In this document: piece by piece, positions 38,012 to 48,476 of the stretch | How the letters are laid out: every line of letters starts with the position of its first letter | Numbering within the stretch: position 1 is the first letter of the stretch | Assembly (NCBI GenBank): GCA_028694995.1 | Contig: JAQVJU010000002.1 | Coordinates: forward strand, 67,503 to 131,502 | Direction: 5' to 3' | Length of the DNA stretch: 64,000 bases | Origin: Minisyncoccota bacterium | GTDB taxonomy: Bacteria > Patescibacteriota > Minisyncoccia > UBA6257 | The notes under the pieces: generated by a model | The model's input: the letters and a program-made list of their open reading frames with translations, nothing else | The model's database searches: none | What the model was told of the DNA's origin: nothing | Made by a program: the position numbers and the translations under genes

Positions 38012-39232
38012 TTATTCATAGCGTAATGCATCAATAGGATTAAGCTTAGCCGCTTTTTGAGCGGGCCAATAACCAAAAATAATACCAATAGTAGTTGAGA
38101 CACCACAAGCTAACATAATAGAGTACAAAGAAACTTTAGTTGTCATTCCAGTAAAAATAGTCACTGCATAAGCTAAACCAATCCCTAAAAGGATCCCAAT
38201 TATTCCACCTATAAAAGTAAGAAAAACTGATTCTGTCAAAAACTGTAAGCTAATATTTGATCTTTTCGCACCAACAGCTTTACGCAAACCGATTTCTCGA
38301 GTCCTTTCAGTCACTGTAGTCATCATCATATTCATTATGCCAATACCGCCAACAACCAAAGAAATTCCAGCAATTGCTGCTAATAAAATTGTCAATGTGT
38401 TTGTGATAGAAGTAACAGCTTCAGTTATATCTTCTAGTGACATAACGCTAAAATCAGCTAACGAAGAATCGCTAATGTTATGCCTTCTTAAGAGAAGGTT
38501 TGTGATACTATTTTGTACTCCTGACATCACCTCAGAGCTTATAGCTTGAACATTAAGAGTAGAAACATGATTAACCCCGGCCAAAAATTTCTGAACTGTT
38601 GTTATTGGAATAAAAATTACATCATCTTGACTACCAAAAGAGGTGCCGCCTTTAGGTTGAGTCATGCCGATAACTTTAAAATTAATACCGTTAATTCTTA
38701 TCGTTTTACCAACAGGATCAACTTCTTCTCCAAAAAGATCATCCCGAGTGGTAGGTCCTAGCACAGCTACTTTTAAACTTAATCTTGTATCTAGTTCAGA
38801 AATAAAAGAACCCAAGGCTAGTTCAACATTTTTAACTGATAAATAAGAAGAAGTCGTACCAGTTATTTGAGTATTAGTGTTCTTCCCCATGTATACTGCT
38901 TGATAACGCTGGGAAAGCTCTGGAGCTACAGCTTGAACATTAAGAATATTTTCAGCAATAGCTTCTCCATCTTCAATAGTTAAAGTCTGGGCACTGCCTC
39001 TCTGAGCCATGACTTGAGAAAAAGTCTGCTGTGATCCTGGAGTTACAGTAATTAAATTAGGACCCATTGCTTCAATATTAGATTTTATTGATCCAGCTGC
39101 ACCTTGACCAATAGACACCATTGCAATAACTGAACCAATTCCAATAACAATCCCCAAAATAGTTAAACCAGACCTAGCTTTATTAGCTGTAATGGCAAAA
39201 TATGTTTCTTCAAATAAATCACTAATAAGCAT
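38012..39232 (-). CDS. ABC transporter permease, MacB/FtsX-like
   Basis: N-terminal TM, large periplasmic MacB_PCD-like domain, C-terminal FtsX 3-TM bundle. Confidence 0.8.
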   Translation of the reverse strand: MLISDLFEETYFAITANKARSGLTILGIVIGIGSVIAMVSIGQGAAGSIKSNIEAMGPNLITVTPGSQQTFSQVMAQRGSAQTLTIEDGEAIAENILNVQAVAPELSQRYQAVYMGKNTNTQITGTTSSYLSVKNVELALGSFISELDTRLSLKVAVLGPTTRDDLFGEEVDPVGKTIRINGINFKVIGMTQPKGGTSFGSQDDVIFIPITTVQKFLAGVNHVSTLNVQAISSEVMSGVQNSITNLLLRRHNISDSSLADFSVMSLEDITEAVTSITNTLTILLAAIAGISLVVGGIGIMNMMMTTVTERTREIGLRKAVGAKRSNISLQFLTESVFLTFIGGIIGILLGIGLAYAVTIFTGMTTKVSLYSIMLACGVSTTIGIIFGYWPAQKAAKLNPIDALRYE

Positions 39233-39241
39233 AATCCTTTA

Positions 39242-39955
39242 TTATTCTTTAATTTTTTTAACTTCCTTGGAAGAAGAATGATTAAAGACATCTTCAACAA
39301 TTTCCCCATCCTTAATGCAAATTACTCGCTTTGCTTTTTCAGCAATATATTTCTCATGAGTAATTAAAATAATTGTTTTCCCCTGTTTATTTAAATCCCT
39401 AAAGGTTTCCAAGATAATATCCCCTGTTTTACTATCAAGATTACCTGTTGGCTCATCAGCTAAAATAATTAATGGATCATTAACCAAAGCTCTAGCAATA
39501 GCCACTCTTTGCATTTCTCCTCCAGATAACTGATTAGAAAGATGGGAAAAATGTTTTTCAGTTAAGCCAGCGGCTAATAAGCATCTTTTAGCAATCTCTG
39601 CTCTCTTATTTTTAGGAACATTTGCATAAACTAAAGGAAGCACTATATTCCTAAAAACAGTTGTTCTTCGCAAAAGATTAAAAGATTGAAAAACAAAACC
39701 AATCTTGTTTTTACGAATATCAGCTAACTCAGCTTCTGATAACTTGGAAACATCTTTTCCTTCTAAAAAATACTGACCATTTGTTGGGGTATCTAAACAA
39801 CCCAAAATATGCATTAGGGTTGATTTTCCTGAGCCAGAAGGACCTATGATGGCAACAAATTCACCTTCTTGAATAGAAAAAGAAACATCTTTTAAAGCAA
39901 TTGTTTCAACACTAGCTGATTGATAAATTTTAGTAATATTTTTAACTTCTATCAT
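39242..39955 (-). CDS. ABC transporter ATP-binding protein (MacB/LolD family)
   Basis: '[10 protein letters not shown]', '[15 protein letters not shown]', '[11 protein letters not shown]'; start set at internal Met ([11 protein letters not shown]), 17 nt after end of upstream gene. Confidence 0.85.
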   Translation of the reverse strand: MIEVKNITKIYQSASVETIALKDVSFSIQEGEFVAIIGPSGSGKSTLMHILGCLDTPTNGQYFLEGKDVSKLSEAELADIRKNKIGFVFQSFNLLRRTTVFRNIVLPLVYANVPKNKRAEIAKRCLLAAGLTEKHFSHLSNQLSGGEMQRVAIARALVNDPLIILADEPTGNLDSKTGDIILETFRDLNKQGKTIILITHEKYIAEKAKRVICIKDGEIVEDVFNHSSSKEVKKIKE

Positions 39956-39971
39956 TTTACTTATACACTTA

Positions 39972-41666
39972 TCAAAAACCCCTTGTTGGCCGACCTGTCG
40001 TATCACCACCCATCATACCAGTCATACCTGGCATCATTTGAAACCTTTGGTTTTGATTATTATTAGAAGTAGAGCCAACTGCAGCTTTATTAGAAATTAT
40101 GGTTGTCGTAATTACTAAATCGCCTTGTTCAATACCAGATATAATTTCAGTATGAGTGTCACTAGAAAGCCCTAGTTCCACCATTTGTTGTTTAATTTCT
40201 CCAGAAACTGATAAATTAACATAAGGATTGTCTCCTCGATAATTAATAGCGCTATTAGGTAATATTAATACTCCTTGCCTTGAATCAGTAATAATCTCTA
40301 CACTCACACTCATTCCAGGCTTAACTTGTGCTTCTTCATCGTCAAAAGCAATTGTAACTCCATAGCTGACAACACCTTGACTCACTGTCCCTTCAATATC
40401 TAAATCAATTACTTGACCAGAAATACTCAGACCTGAAAGAGCGTCAAAAGATAAAACAGCTTTTTGACCAATTTTTATTTTAGCAGCATCGATTTCATTT
40501 AAAGAAATTTTAGCTATTTTTTCTTGAGTAATAATTGTTGCTAAAGTTGTGCCTGAAGAAACTGTGTCCCCTTTTTTAACATTAACTCCTGTAATTGCGC
40601 CTTTAAAAGGAGAATAAATATAATGTTGAGCTAAATTTTCTTTAGCATCTGCTAAAGCATATTCAAGCTTACTTATTGTGTTGTTTTGGGTTTCAACTTC
40701 TAATCCTATATTAGCCATTGCTTCTTTTGTTTCTTTGAGTGATTGCTTGGCTGAAGAAAGATTATTCATAAGAGAACTGAGTGATGAAGTAAATTCTGTT
40801 AAATTTGAAGCGTGAGTTTCAGATATTACTGTTGAGATGGGTGAGATTAAATGTTCCTTTTCAACAATCACATGATATTGCTTTGTAACATTAGAAGACT
40901 GTCGAACCAAATCTAAAAGAGAACGAACTATATCATAGGTTTGATTAATTATTATTTCTATATCAACACAAGAAGAATCATAGCTCAATGCAGAATACTT
41001 TTCCCAAAGAGAATCAAGTTCTTTTTGAATCACATTATATTTTTCTTCAGCAATATTATTTAAATCATTGCCCCAAAAGGTTAAAAAACCTAAATCACTA
41101 CCATATGAATCAAGATAAAAATTAACTAAGTGTAAATAATAATCAATATCATTGGTATTATTTCCTTGGCTGCTTTCTAAAAACATGTTTTTAAGATCAG
41201 GCTTCATTGCAAATAAGCTCGTAAAGGCATTTGTTAAATTATCTAATGCACTATTGCAAGCACTTTCTAATGATTCTTCTGTCTTTTGTACAATGTCTTG
41301 GCTTGTCTCAGCATTTTTCAAATTAAGCTCTGCATCTTTAACAGCTTTCTGAGCATCTCTTGTGTCTAATTGAAACAAAAGAACTCCATTTTTAACCTCT
41401 TGATTTTTTTCAACATTAACATAAGTAATTTCGCCTGAAGTTTTTGGTTTAATATCTATCTGATCAGAAACAACTATCTGCCCAGATCCAGAAACCGAGA
41501 TAGCGAGATCCCCTTTTTCTACTTTTGTCGTGATATATTGTTCTTTATTGTTTTGCTTTTTAAATAATTTTTGATATCCAAAATATCCTACTAAAGCAAC
41601 TATTAAAATGATTATTATAACTATTATCTTCCTCTCTTTTATTTTTCTAAACAATTTTGAAATCAT
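39972..41666 (-). CDS. HlyD/MacA-family periplasmic adaptor (membrane fusion protein)
   Basis: N-terminal TM anchor, long coiled-coil, C-terminal beta-barrel/lipoyl-like segments; Gly/Met-rich C-terminus. Confidence 0.65.
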   Translation of the reverse strand: MISKLFRKIKERKIIVIIIILIVALVGYFGYQKLFKKQNNKEQYITTKVEKGDLAISVSGSGQIVVSDQIDIKPKTSGEITYVNVEKNQEVKNGVLLFQLDTRDAQKAVKDAELNLKNAETSQDIVQKTEESLESACNSALDNLTNAFTSLFAMKPDLKNMFLESSQGNNTNDIDYYLHLVNFYLDSYGSDLGFLTFWGNDLNNIAEEKYNVIQKELDSLWEKYSALSYDSSCVDIEIIINQTYDIVRSLLDLVRQSSNVTKQYHVIVEKEHLISPISTVISETHASNLTEFTSSLSSLMNNLSSAKQSLKETKEAMANIGLEVETQNNTISKLEYALADAKENLAQHYIYSPFKGAITGVNVKKGDTVSSGTTLATIITQEKIAKISLNEIDAAKIKIGQKAVLSFDALSGLSISGQVIDLDIEGTVSQGVVSYGVTIAFDDEEAQVKPGMSVSVEIITDSRQGVLILPNSAINYRGDNPYVNLSVSGEIKQQMVELGLSSDTHTEIISGIEQGDLVITTTIISNKAAVGSTSNNNQNQRFQMMPGMTGMMGGDTTGRPTRGF

Positions 41667-41693
41667 GCTAATATAATTTATTTTTATTATTTT

Positions 41694-42236
41694 TTATTTA
41701 AAAAAAGGAAAAATTGAAGGCTTGCCTTTATTAATTAATTCTTCACCATTAAAAATTCTTATTAATTTAGCTTCTATTTGTCCTTGTTCATTTGGAGAGC
41801 CAATAATAACAACCTTTTCGCCAACTTGAAGGTTTTGTTTACTAAGAGTTTCTCTACCTAATTGAATAATAGTGTTACCATTTACAACAACCAATCTTTC
41901 TGAATTATTACCCCCTCTAATAATAATGCTATCTTCATTAATTTGAATAATTTCACCAAAGACACCATGGTTTTCAACAAAATCTTCACCAGGAAAAGGA
42001 AACCTTCGCCAATTATCACCAAAAAAACCTTCTTTGGGCCCAGCAAAATTCTTATGATAGCTCTCTGCCCAAAGATAAGAAGATCTCGCTTTTAATTCAC
42101 CAACAAATATGCCTGCCCCAAATACCAAAACAATTAATGAAAAACCAATAAGCCCAATAATGACCCACTTAAGGATATCTTGTTTATTTTCTTTATTTTC
42201 TTTTTCTATAATATTATTATTTAAATCTTTATCCAT
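41694..42236 (-). CDS. hypothetical membrane-anchored protein
   Basis: 180 aa, single N-terminal TM; no motif. Confidence 0.35.
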   Translation of the reverse strand: MDKDLNNNIIEKENKENKQDILKWVIIGLIGFSLIVLVFGAGIFVGELKARSSYLWAESYHKNFAGPKEGFFGDNWRRFPFPGEDFVENHGVFGEIIQINEDSIIIRGGNNSERLVVVNGNTIIQLGRETLSKQNLQVGEKVVIIGSPNEQGQIEAKLIRIFNGEELINKGKPSIFPFFK

Positions 42237-42265
42237 AGATATAACATTTAATAAATTTATTTTAT

Positions 42266-42700
42266 TTAATAAACATTAATGATATTAGTGCCATGCATTA
42301 AATATTTTAGTAATAATCTTTTCTTAAAAAGGAATAATCTAAGCGTAAAGATAGCTAATCCTGTACTGAATAGAAATGCTGTTAATCCTATGATTGGCAA
42401 AGATTCTAGAATTGCCATACTAAAATCTTTCCATAGAATAATAAAAACGCCAAAATCGCTAATTGCCATAGAAAGAAAATAAGAAATCCCAGTACTTTTT
42501 GCTTGATTTACTAATAACGCCCATGATAAAGAGGTAGTAACCAAAGAAATGACTAAAAGAAGAAAAAAACTCATTGCTAATCTCTTTGTTTTCTGTAATT
42601 CCTGCTCCTTTCTTATTGCGGCAACTATATGATCAAAAATACCCGCAGGAGGATCTACGGGTTCAATGTAAGAAAAAAGTTTTTTAAAATCTTTCCTCAT
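42266..42700 (-). CDS. putative membrane anti-sigma factor
   Basis: small TM protein immediately downstream of ECF sigma gene; positional inference only. Confidence 0.35.
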   Translation of the reverse strand: MRKDFKKLFSYIEPVDPPAGIFDHIVAAIRKEQELQKTKRLAMSFFLLLVISLVTTSLSWALLVNQAKSTGISYFLSMAISDFGVFIILWKDFSMAILESLPIIGLTAFLFSTGLAIFTLRLFLFKKRLLLKYLMHGTNIINVY

Positions 42701-42741
42701 CGCTCCCTATCTATTAATACGAATCAGGGAGCCTTTTGGGT

Positions 42742-43302
42742 TCATTTTGTTTCCAATGATTTTTTTAATAGCTGAATTCCTCTTCGATGACGAGTTTTTA
42801 TGGTATTAACAGGCTCTTTCAGGGTGCCTGCTATTTCTTGTAAAGTAAGACCATTATTATAATAAAGAGATAGCACTTGACGATATTTTAATGAAATTTT
42901 TTCCAAAGCCACAGATACTATCTCTATCATTGCTTTCTGCTCAAAAAGTTCATTTAGTTTGGGTTCTGATCCAAAAATTCCTTGAATAATATTTTCATTT
43001 TCAAAATTCTTTATCATTGAAAAAGGCACTGCTTTTTTCTTTTTCAAAAAATCAATGGCGGTATTCTTAGCAATAACAAAAATCCAAGCTTTAAAACTCT
43101 TTTGTTGATCAAATCTTTTTAAATTTTGCCAAGTTTTTATAAATACTTCCTGAATAATATCTTCTGTTTCTTGACTATCTCTCACATATCGATAAACAAA
43201 ACTATAAAGTGGTTTTAAATATTGCTTTATTAAAATTTCTAATGATTCTTCATCACCTTTTAAATAAGCATTAACAAGTTGTTCATCTGTATGAATTTTC
43301 AT
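42742..43302 (-). CDS. ECF-type RNA polymerase sigma factor (sigma-70 family)
   Basis: region 2 'DIIQEVFIKTWQNLKRFDQQKSFKAWIFVIAKNTAIDFLKK', region 4 'LTLQEIAGTLKEPVNTIKTRHRRGIQLLKK'. Confidence 0.8.
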   Translation of the reverse strand: MKIHTDEQLVNAYLKGDEESLEILIKQYLKPLYSFVYRYVRDSQETEDIIQEVFIKTWQNLKRFDQQKSFKAWIFVIAKNTAIDFLKKKKAVPFSMIKNFENENIIQGIFGSEPKLNELFEQKAMIEIVSVALEKISLKYRQVLSLYYNNGLTLQEIAGTLKEPVNTIKTRHRRGIQLLKKSLETK

Positions 43303-43389
43303 TATCTGTTTTGCTTAAAAAGCCTTGTCCAAATTTAAATAGAGGATACGGCACCCTAGAACTAATTTTATCTACTTCTATTAATCTCG

Positions 43390-43462
43390 TGCCCTCAACC
43401 GGATTCGAACCGGTGTTACCAGAATGAGAATCTGGCGTCCTGAACCACTAGACGATGAGGGC
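43390..43462 (-). tRNA. tRNA-Glu (anticodon CUC), CCA not encoded
   Basis: minus strand GCCCTCA-TC-GTC..GGAC-GCCAGA-TTCTCAT-TCTGG-TAACA-CCGG-TTCGAAT-CCGG-TTGAGGGC-A. Confidence 0.75.
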
Positions 43463-43516
43463 AATATTAAAAATATACCATAACCAATGTGTATTATCCA
43501 GAAAACTTAAAAACCT

Positions 43517-44755
43517 TTAATTGTTTTCTAACTTTATCTCTTGGGTTATTTTCTCCATCTGCATGGCTCGAGAACCTTTAATTAAAATTAAATCCCCTTT
43601 TTGTAATATTTCTTTAATAGTTTCTCTGGCTTGTTCACTGTTTTTAAACCAAAATGTTTGTATTTTAGGATTTTTTTTCAAAGCAGATTCTCTTGCTTTA
43701 ATCATTTCTTCACCAACACCAATAAAAACATCAATATTTTTTTCTGCTATTGCCAAACCAATAAGCTGATGCGCTTGTTCTGATAAATTACCTAATTCTT
43801 TCATAGCTCCTAAGGCCACAATTCTTCTTTTAACAGGAGCTGATTCTATTAAATCAAGAGAAGCTAAAACTGAATCAGGGCTAGCATTATATGCATCATC
43901 TAAAATCCAGGTATTGTTAATTCCAGGCATAAACTTAGTTCTGCCTTCAGGTATTTGATAATCTTTCATCGCTTCTGCTATTTCCACTAAATTCATTCCT
44001 AAGGACAAACCAACAGCAGCTCCAGCAGCTAAGGCATAAGCCTGAGGTTTTCCAAAAACATTTTTTACTCTTACAGGCACAAAACTACCTTTGTGTTCTA
44101 ATCTAAAACTCATTCCTGTTTTACTCAAATCTTTACCTGAGAAGATTAACTTATAATTACTTACTTTTACATCAGCTTTTGCATCAAAACCATAGAAAAT
44201 AGTTTTAGCCATGGTTTTTTCTCTTAATCCAGCAACTGATTCATTGTCAGCATTGAGAATTAAAGTATCTTTTAATAACAATCTCTGAGGTAAATAGCTT
44301 ATTTCTTCAATAAAATGACTGGTGTTTTTAAAATGCTCCAAATGAACTGGAGGTGAACCAATAAAAGTAATAATACCAATGGTGGGTTGAGCTAAATCAA
44401 CTAAATACTTAATTACCCCTGGAGCATCTTCGGACATTTCCAAAATTAAAACCTCAGGATAATTTTTGCTCTTAAAGATAAAAAGCCTTAAAGCATGAAG
44501 GAAGTTATAAATCCAGAGCAATACATTTCTTTTTGCATCCTTGCCTTGAATAATGGTTAAAGGCAATCCAATTTCAGTATTTAAATTAAAAACATTTCTT
44601 GCTACCTTGTATTTCTTATTAAGCACAGTAAAAATCGCCTCTTTGGCAGAAGTTTTCCCCACGCTTCCAGTAACTCCAATAACTAATGGCTTATAACGCC
44701 ATAAAATTAGTTTGGCTAAGAATTTTAATTTGTATTGAATTAATTTTCTTTTCAT
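43517..44755 (-). CDS. murF: Mur ligase (MurF-type UDP-MurNAc-tripeptide--D-Ala-D-Ala ligase; MurE not excluded)
   Basis: P-loop 'GVTGSVGKTSAKEA', Mur ligase middle/C domains; follows ftsI in dcw cluster. Confidence 0.6.
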   Translation of the reverse strand: MKRKLIQYKLKFLAKLILWRYKPLVIGVTGSVGKTSAKEAIFTVLNKKYKVARNVFNLNTEIGLPLTIIQGKDAKRNVLLWIYNFLHALRLFIFKSKNYPEVLILEMSEDAPGVIKYLVDLAQPTIGIITFIGSPPVHLEHFKNTSHFIEEISYLPQRLLLKDTLILNADNESVAGLREKTMAKTIFYGFDAKADVKVSNYKLIFSGKDLSKTGMSFRLEHKGSFVPVRVKNVFGKPQAYALAAGAAVGLSLGMNLVEIAEAMKDYQIPEGRTKFMPGINNTWILDDAYNASPDSVLASLDLIESAPVKRRIVALGAMKELGNLSEQAHQLIGLAIAEKNIDVFIGVGEEMIKARESALKKNPKIQTFWFKNSEQARETIKEILQKGDLILIKGSRAMQMEKITQEIKLENN

Positions 44756-44767
44756 TTTGTATTAATT

Positions 44768-46567
44768 TTATTCTAACTGATCTGGAGGAATATTGTAATA
44801 ATTGATTAAGAAACTTTCCACTTCCCTAAAAGCCAAAGTAACAGTTTGGCTGGCAGCTCCTTCTCCCCATTGAGGTTGGTCCATTTTTACTAAGATAATG
44901 TATTCTGGGTCTGAAGCTGGGAAAAATCCCACAAAAGTATGAATTTCTTCTTCAGTATACCCTGCTTTATCTTTTAAAGGAACAAAAGCCGTACCAGTTT
45001 TTCCAGCCAGACTGTATCCTTTTACCTTAGCATTACCTCCAAATCCATTTTCAATAACTCCTACTAGCATTGAGGTTAAGGTTTCTGCTGACTCTGCATT
45101 AACAATTTGCTGAGCACTATCAGTAGAATCAGGGATACTTAAAGCTATGCTTTTACCTGCGCTATCCCTAGTGCTTTCTACTAGATAAGGAGTTACTGCC
45201 TTGCCTTTATTAGCAATAATAGCAAAAGCCCGTATAAGAGCCATCGGGGTTGTAGAAATCCCTACGCCATAAGAAGCAGTGGCAAAATAACTAGGATTTA
45301 CCTTTGGATATTCTAGATTAGACAAATCACCCATAACTTCATTAGGCAAATCAATGCCTGTTGTTTCACCAAACCCGAATTTTGTAAAATAATTCCTTAA
45401 AGTTTCACTACCCACTTGATCCGCTACAAAAATAGCTCCAGTATTAATAGAAAACTCTAAAACTTTGCGCATTGTTGATTGACCATAAACCCGCCCTTCA
45501 TAATTGATAATGTGATAACCACCAACATCATGATATCCTTTATCCACATAAGTTGTATCTGGGGTTACTGCTCCTGTATCAATACCAGCAAACATGGTAA
45601 AGGGCTTAATCACTGAGCCAGGCTCATATCTTTCTTCAACAGCATAATTTCTATAAATAGAATAATCTTTTGTTTCTGAAAATTCATTTAGATTAAATGT
45701 GGGCCAATTAGCCAAAGCTAATATCTTTCCTGTTTTAACTTCCATCACAATAATTGTTCCTTTAGATGCCTTTCTAGTTTCCACTAAATCTTCTAAGGCT
45801 TTCTGAGTTGTAAATTGAACATTTTTATCTATGGTTGTTTCTATAGAAATACCTTCAATCTCTTTTTTTTCTTGAGATGAATTAGAGCGCACTAACCTGT
45901 TAAAAGCGTCTTTAATGCCTTGAAAAATACCTGTCTGCCCAGCAAGAATCTTTTCATAATAGAATTCTAAGCCATAACGACCTCTCTTTATCTCATCTTC
46001 TTCTTGTTCAGCAATAAAACCTATTGTCTGAGCAGCAAAAGATTCAAAAGGATAATAACGTTCATATTTTTCTTCAAAATCAATGCCTTTTAATTCTAAT
46101 TCCTTTATTTCTTTGACTAAATCCTCATCTTCTATTTTTTTTAATAATAATTCATAAGGGTCATCAGATTTATTCAATCTTTCAAAAATTGCATCAAAAG
46201 ACAAAGGAATTATTTCTGCTAAGGTTTCACTCACTTCTTTTGGATTCTCTATATCCTTAGGCACAGCAAACAAGGAAAGATATTTTTTATTAATAGCTAC
46301 TGGGATATGGTCTTTATCTTTATCCTGGCAATAAATCAAACCCCTTTTAGGAGTTAAGACCTGAGTTGTCTGGTGAGTTGATTCTGCTCTTTGAGAATAT
46401 TCAAAATGTTCTTTAACTTGTAAGATATATAATTTACCTAATAATCCTAAAAAAATAGCAAAGATAAGAAAGTAAATAAAATAAATTCTTCCCTGGGAAG
46501 AATACTCTTTTCTGTTATTTTTTTGATAAAAATTCCTGTATTTTGAATATTTATTTTTCCTGGCCAT
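44768..46567 (-). CDS. ftsI: penicillin-binding protein 2/3 (FtsI-type transpeptidase)
   Basis: N-terminal TM, 'SVIKPF' (SxxK), 'AGKTGTA' (KTG) motifs. Confidence 0.85.
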   Translation of the reverse strand: MARKNKYSKYRNFYQKNNRKEYSSQGRIYFIYFLIFAIFLGLLGKLYILQVKEHFEYSQRAESTHQTTQVLTPKRGLIYCQDKDKDHIPVAINKKYLSLFAVPKDIENPKEVSETLAEIIPLSFDAIFERLNKSDDPYELLLKKIEDEDLVKEIKELELKGIDFEEKYERYYPFESFAAQTIGFIAEQEEDEIKRGRYGLEFYYEKILAGQTGIFQGIKDAFNRLVRSNSSQEKKEIEGISIETTIDKNVQFTTQKALEDLVETRKASKGTIIVMEVKTGKILALANWPTFNLNEFSETKDYSIYRNYAVEERYEPGSVIKPFTMFAGIDTGAVTPDTTYVDKGYHDVGGYHIINYEGRVYGQSTMRKVLEFSINTGAIFVADQVGSETLRNYFTKFGFGETTGIDLPNEVMGDLSNLEYPKVNPSYFATASYGVGISTTPMALIRAFAIIANKGKAVTPYLVESTRDSAGKSIALSIPDSTDSAQQIVNAESAETLTSMLVGVIENGFGGNAKVKGYSLAGKTGTAFVPLKDKAGYTEEEIHTFVGFFPASDPEYIILVKMDQPQWGEGAASQTVTLAFREVESFLINYYNIPPDQLE

Positions 46568-46579
46568 TATAAATTTCCC

Positions 46580-46987
46580 CTACCTTTGAGCTAAATTCTT
46601 ATTCCCCATGTCTAAATAAGAAATTGTCTGCGCCTTAACAAAATTATTTAATTCTGCCCATTCAGTTACTTTTTCCCTAGAAACTATTATTGCGCTTTGT
46701 TCATTCAAATAATTGATATTATCTTCTATTTGATTTAATTCTTGTTTCAAATTAATAATTTTGTAATCAGCTGAGATATTCTGCCCAAATAAAACAAGCC
46801 AAAAACCACTAATGATTATTATTGGGGCTACAAATAAAAAGACCAGTTTAATATGCCCTAAATATTGACCAGCATCATTAACAAAACATCGCCATTTTCT
46901 TTTATTATTTCGCGTTAATCTCTTTTTAGAATTCAAAATCATTGCCTGTCTGTTTTTGTTTTTAGTTGAATTGTAGATAATGGTCAT
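46580..46987 (-). CDS. ftsL: FtsL/DivIC-like cell division protein
   Basis: single TM + coiled coil, located between rsmH and ftsI. Confidence 0.5.
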   Translation of the reverse strand: MTIIYNSTKNKNRQAMILNSKKRLTRNNKRKWRCFVNDAGQYLGHIKLVFLFVAPIIIISGFWLVLFGQNISADYKIINLKQELNQIEDNINYLNEQSAIIVSREKVTEWAELNNFVKAQTISYLDMGNKNLAQR

Positions 46988-47015
46988 GATAAATATTTAG
47001 TTTTAAGATTTTGAA

Positions 47016-47933
47016 TTAATTTATTTGGGCTGCCCTTAATTTAGCTGAACGTGAACGAGGATTTTTTAATATCTCTTCTTTGGTGGGAATAATTGGTTTT
47101 TTTGTTAAAATTTGTAATTTATTAATTTTAGATTGTTCTTTAAAAAAGTTTTTTACAATTCTATCTTCTAGGGAATGAAAAGAAATTACTACTATCCGAC
47201 CATTGGTTTGTAAAATATTTATTGCTTGCTCCAAACCTTTTCTAATATTTTCCAATTCATTATTAACAGCAATGCGCAAAGCCTGAAAAACTCGAGTGGC
47301 AAAATGAATTCTTTTCTGGTCATAATTTTTTGGTAAAGTTCTGGCTAATAAATCCACTAGTTGCTGAGTGCTAACAATTCTTTCTTTTTTTCTAGCTTCT
47401 TTGATAGCCAGGGCAATGCGTTGAGAATATCTTTCTTCCCCAAATTCCCTTAATATTTTCTCTATCTCTTCTATTTCCCAAAAATTTACAATCTCAGCTG
47501 CGGTTAAATCTTGTTTTGAATCAAATCGCATATCTAAAGGTTCATCTTTTTGATAAGAAAAACCCTTTCCTGATGATTCTAAATGCCAAGAACACATGCC
47601 TAAATCAAATAAAATCCCTTGAATTAGCCCAATATCATTCTCTTTATTTATCTTTTCTAAGTGGATATAAGAATCATTGATTAAAATCAATCTATTCTTT
47701 ACACTTTCATCTGTACTTTTTAATTCAGTGACTCTTTTTAAAGTCTCAGATGAAAGATCAATACCCAATAACTTACCTTTTGGTCTAGTGAGTTCTAGTA
47801 TTTTTAATGAATGTCCTGCTTCACCAACAGTTGCATCAATAAAATTTTCATTAGGTTTTGGATTAAGGTAATAAATTACTTCTTTTAAAAGAACTGGAAC
47901 ATGCATAATACTAAAATCAAATTCCAAGATCAC
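47016..47933 (-). CDS. rsmH: 16S rRNA (cytosine1402-N4)-methyltransferase RsmH/MraW
   Basis: 'HVPVLLKEVIYYLNP...DATVGEAGHS', 'DLGMCSW'. Confidence 0.9.
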   Translation of the reverse strand: MILEFDFSIMHVPVLLKEVIYYLNPKPNENFIDATVGEAGHSLKILELTRPKGKLLGIDLSSETLKRVTELKSTDESVKNRLILINDSYIHLEKINKENDIGLIQGILFDLGMCSWHLESSGKGFSYQKDEPLDMRFDSKQDLTAAEIVNFWEIEEIEKILREFGEERYSQRIALAIKEARKKERIVSTQQLVDLLARTLPKNYDQKRIHFATRVFQALRIAVNNELENIRKGLEQAINILQTNGRIVVISFHSLEDRIVKNFFKEQSKINKLQILTKKPIIPTKEEILKNPRSRSAKLRAAQIN

Positions 47934-48348
47934 CTAATTTTTCCGCAATGCTACCTGATTCTTTTTCTGTCTTCTGTTTGTATTTTTCCCATTCTTTTTC
48001 ATCCCAAACTTCCAAACGATTATAAACTCCAGCTAAAACTATTTTCTTTCCTAAACCAGCATATTTTCTTAAATAGTCAGGTATTAAAATTCTGCCTTGA
48101 TTATCTAATTTCACATCCATGGCCCCAGCTAACATTAATCGAGCAAAGGCTCGAGAATTAGCCTGACTCAAAGGAAGGCTTTTTATTTTCTCTGCCATTT
48201 GTTGCCAATCTTTTGAAGAAAAAATAAAAAGACAATTATCTAATCCCCTGGTCAAAACAGCATTAGGCAAAAGCTGTTTTCGTAATTTGGAAGGAATGGC
48301 TATTCTTCCTTTTGGGTCTATGGTATATGAATATTCACCAATGAACAT
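47917..48348 (-). CDS. mraZ: transcriptional regulator MraZ
   Basis: 'MFIGEYSYTIDPKGRIAIPSKLRKQL' and second repeat 'DNQGRILIPDYLRKYAGL'. Confidence 0.9.
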   Translation of the reverse strand: MFIGEYSYTIDPKGRIAIPSKLRKQLLPNAVLTRGLDNCLFIFSSKDWQQMAEKIKSLPLSQANSRAFARLMLAGAMDVKLDNQGRILIPDYLRKYAGLGKKIVLAGVYNRLEVWDEKEWEKYKQKTEKESGSIAEKLGDLGI

Positions 48349-48420
48349 AATAAAACAATTTAAAATTCAAACTTCTAATCTTAATCAATATTTTAGTTAT
48401 CCCCAAAAAACATACTTTTC

Positions 48421-48476
48421 CCCACTGTTATCCACATCTATCCACTTTCCCCCATTTTACTCTTTTCAACCCCACT
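48421..48476. promoter_or_regulatory. MraZ-type operator: GTGG(G/A) direct repeats at 10-bp period upstream of mraZ
   Basis: on mraZ strand GTGGG/GTGGA/GTGGA at 48421-25, 48431-35, 48441-45 plus TGGGG at 48449-54 and GTGGG at 48471-75. Confidence 0.5.
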
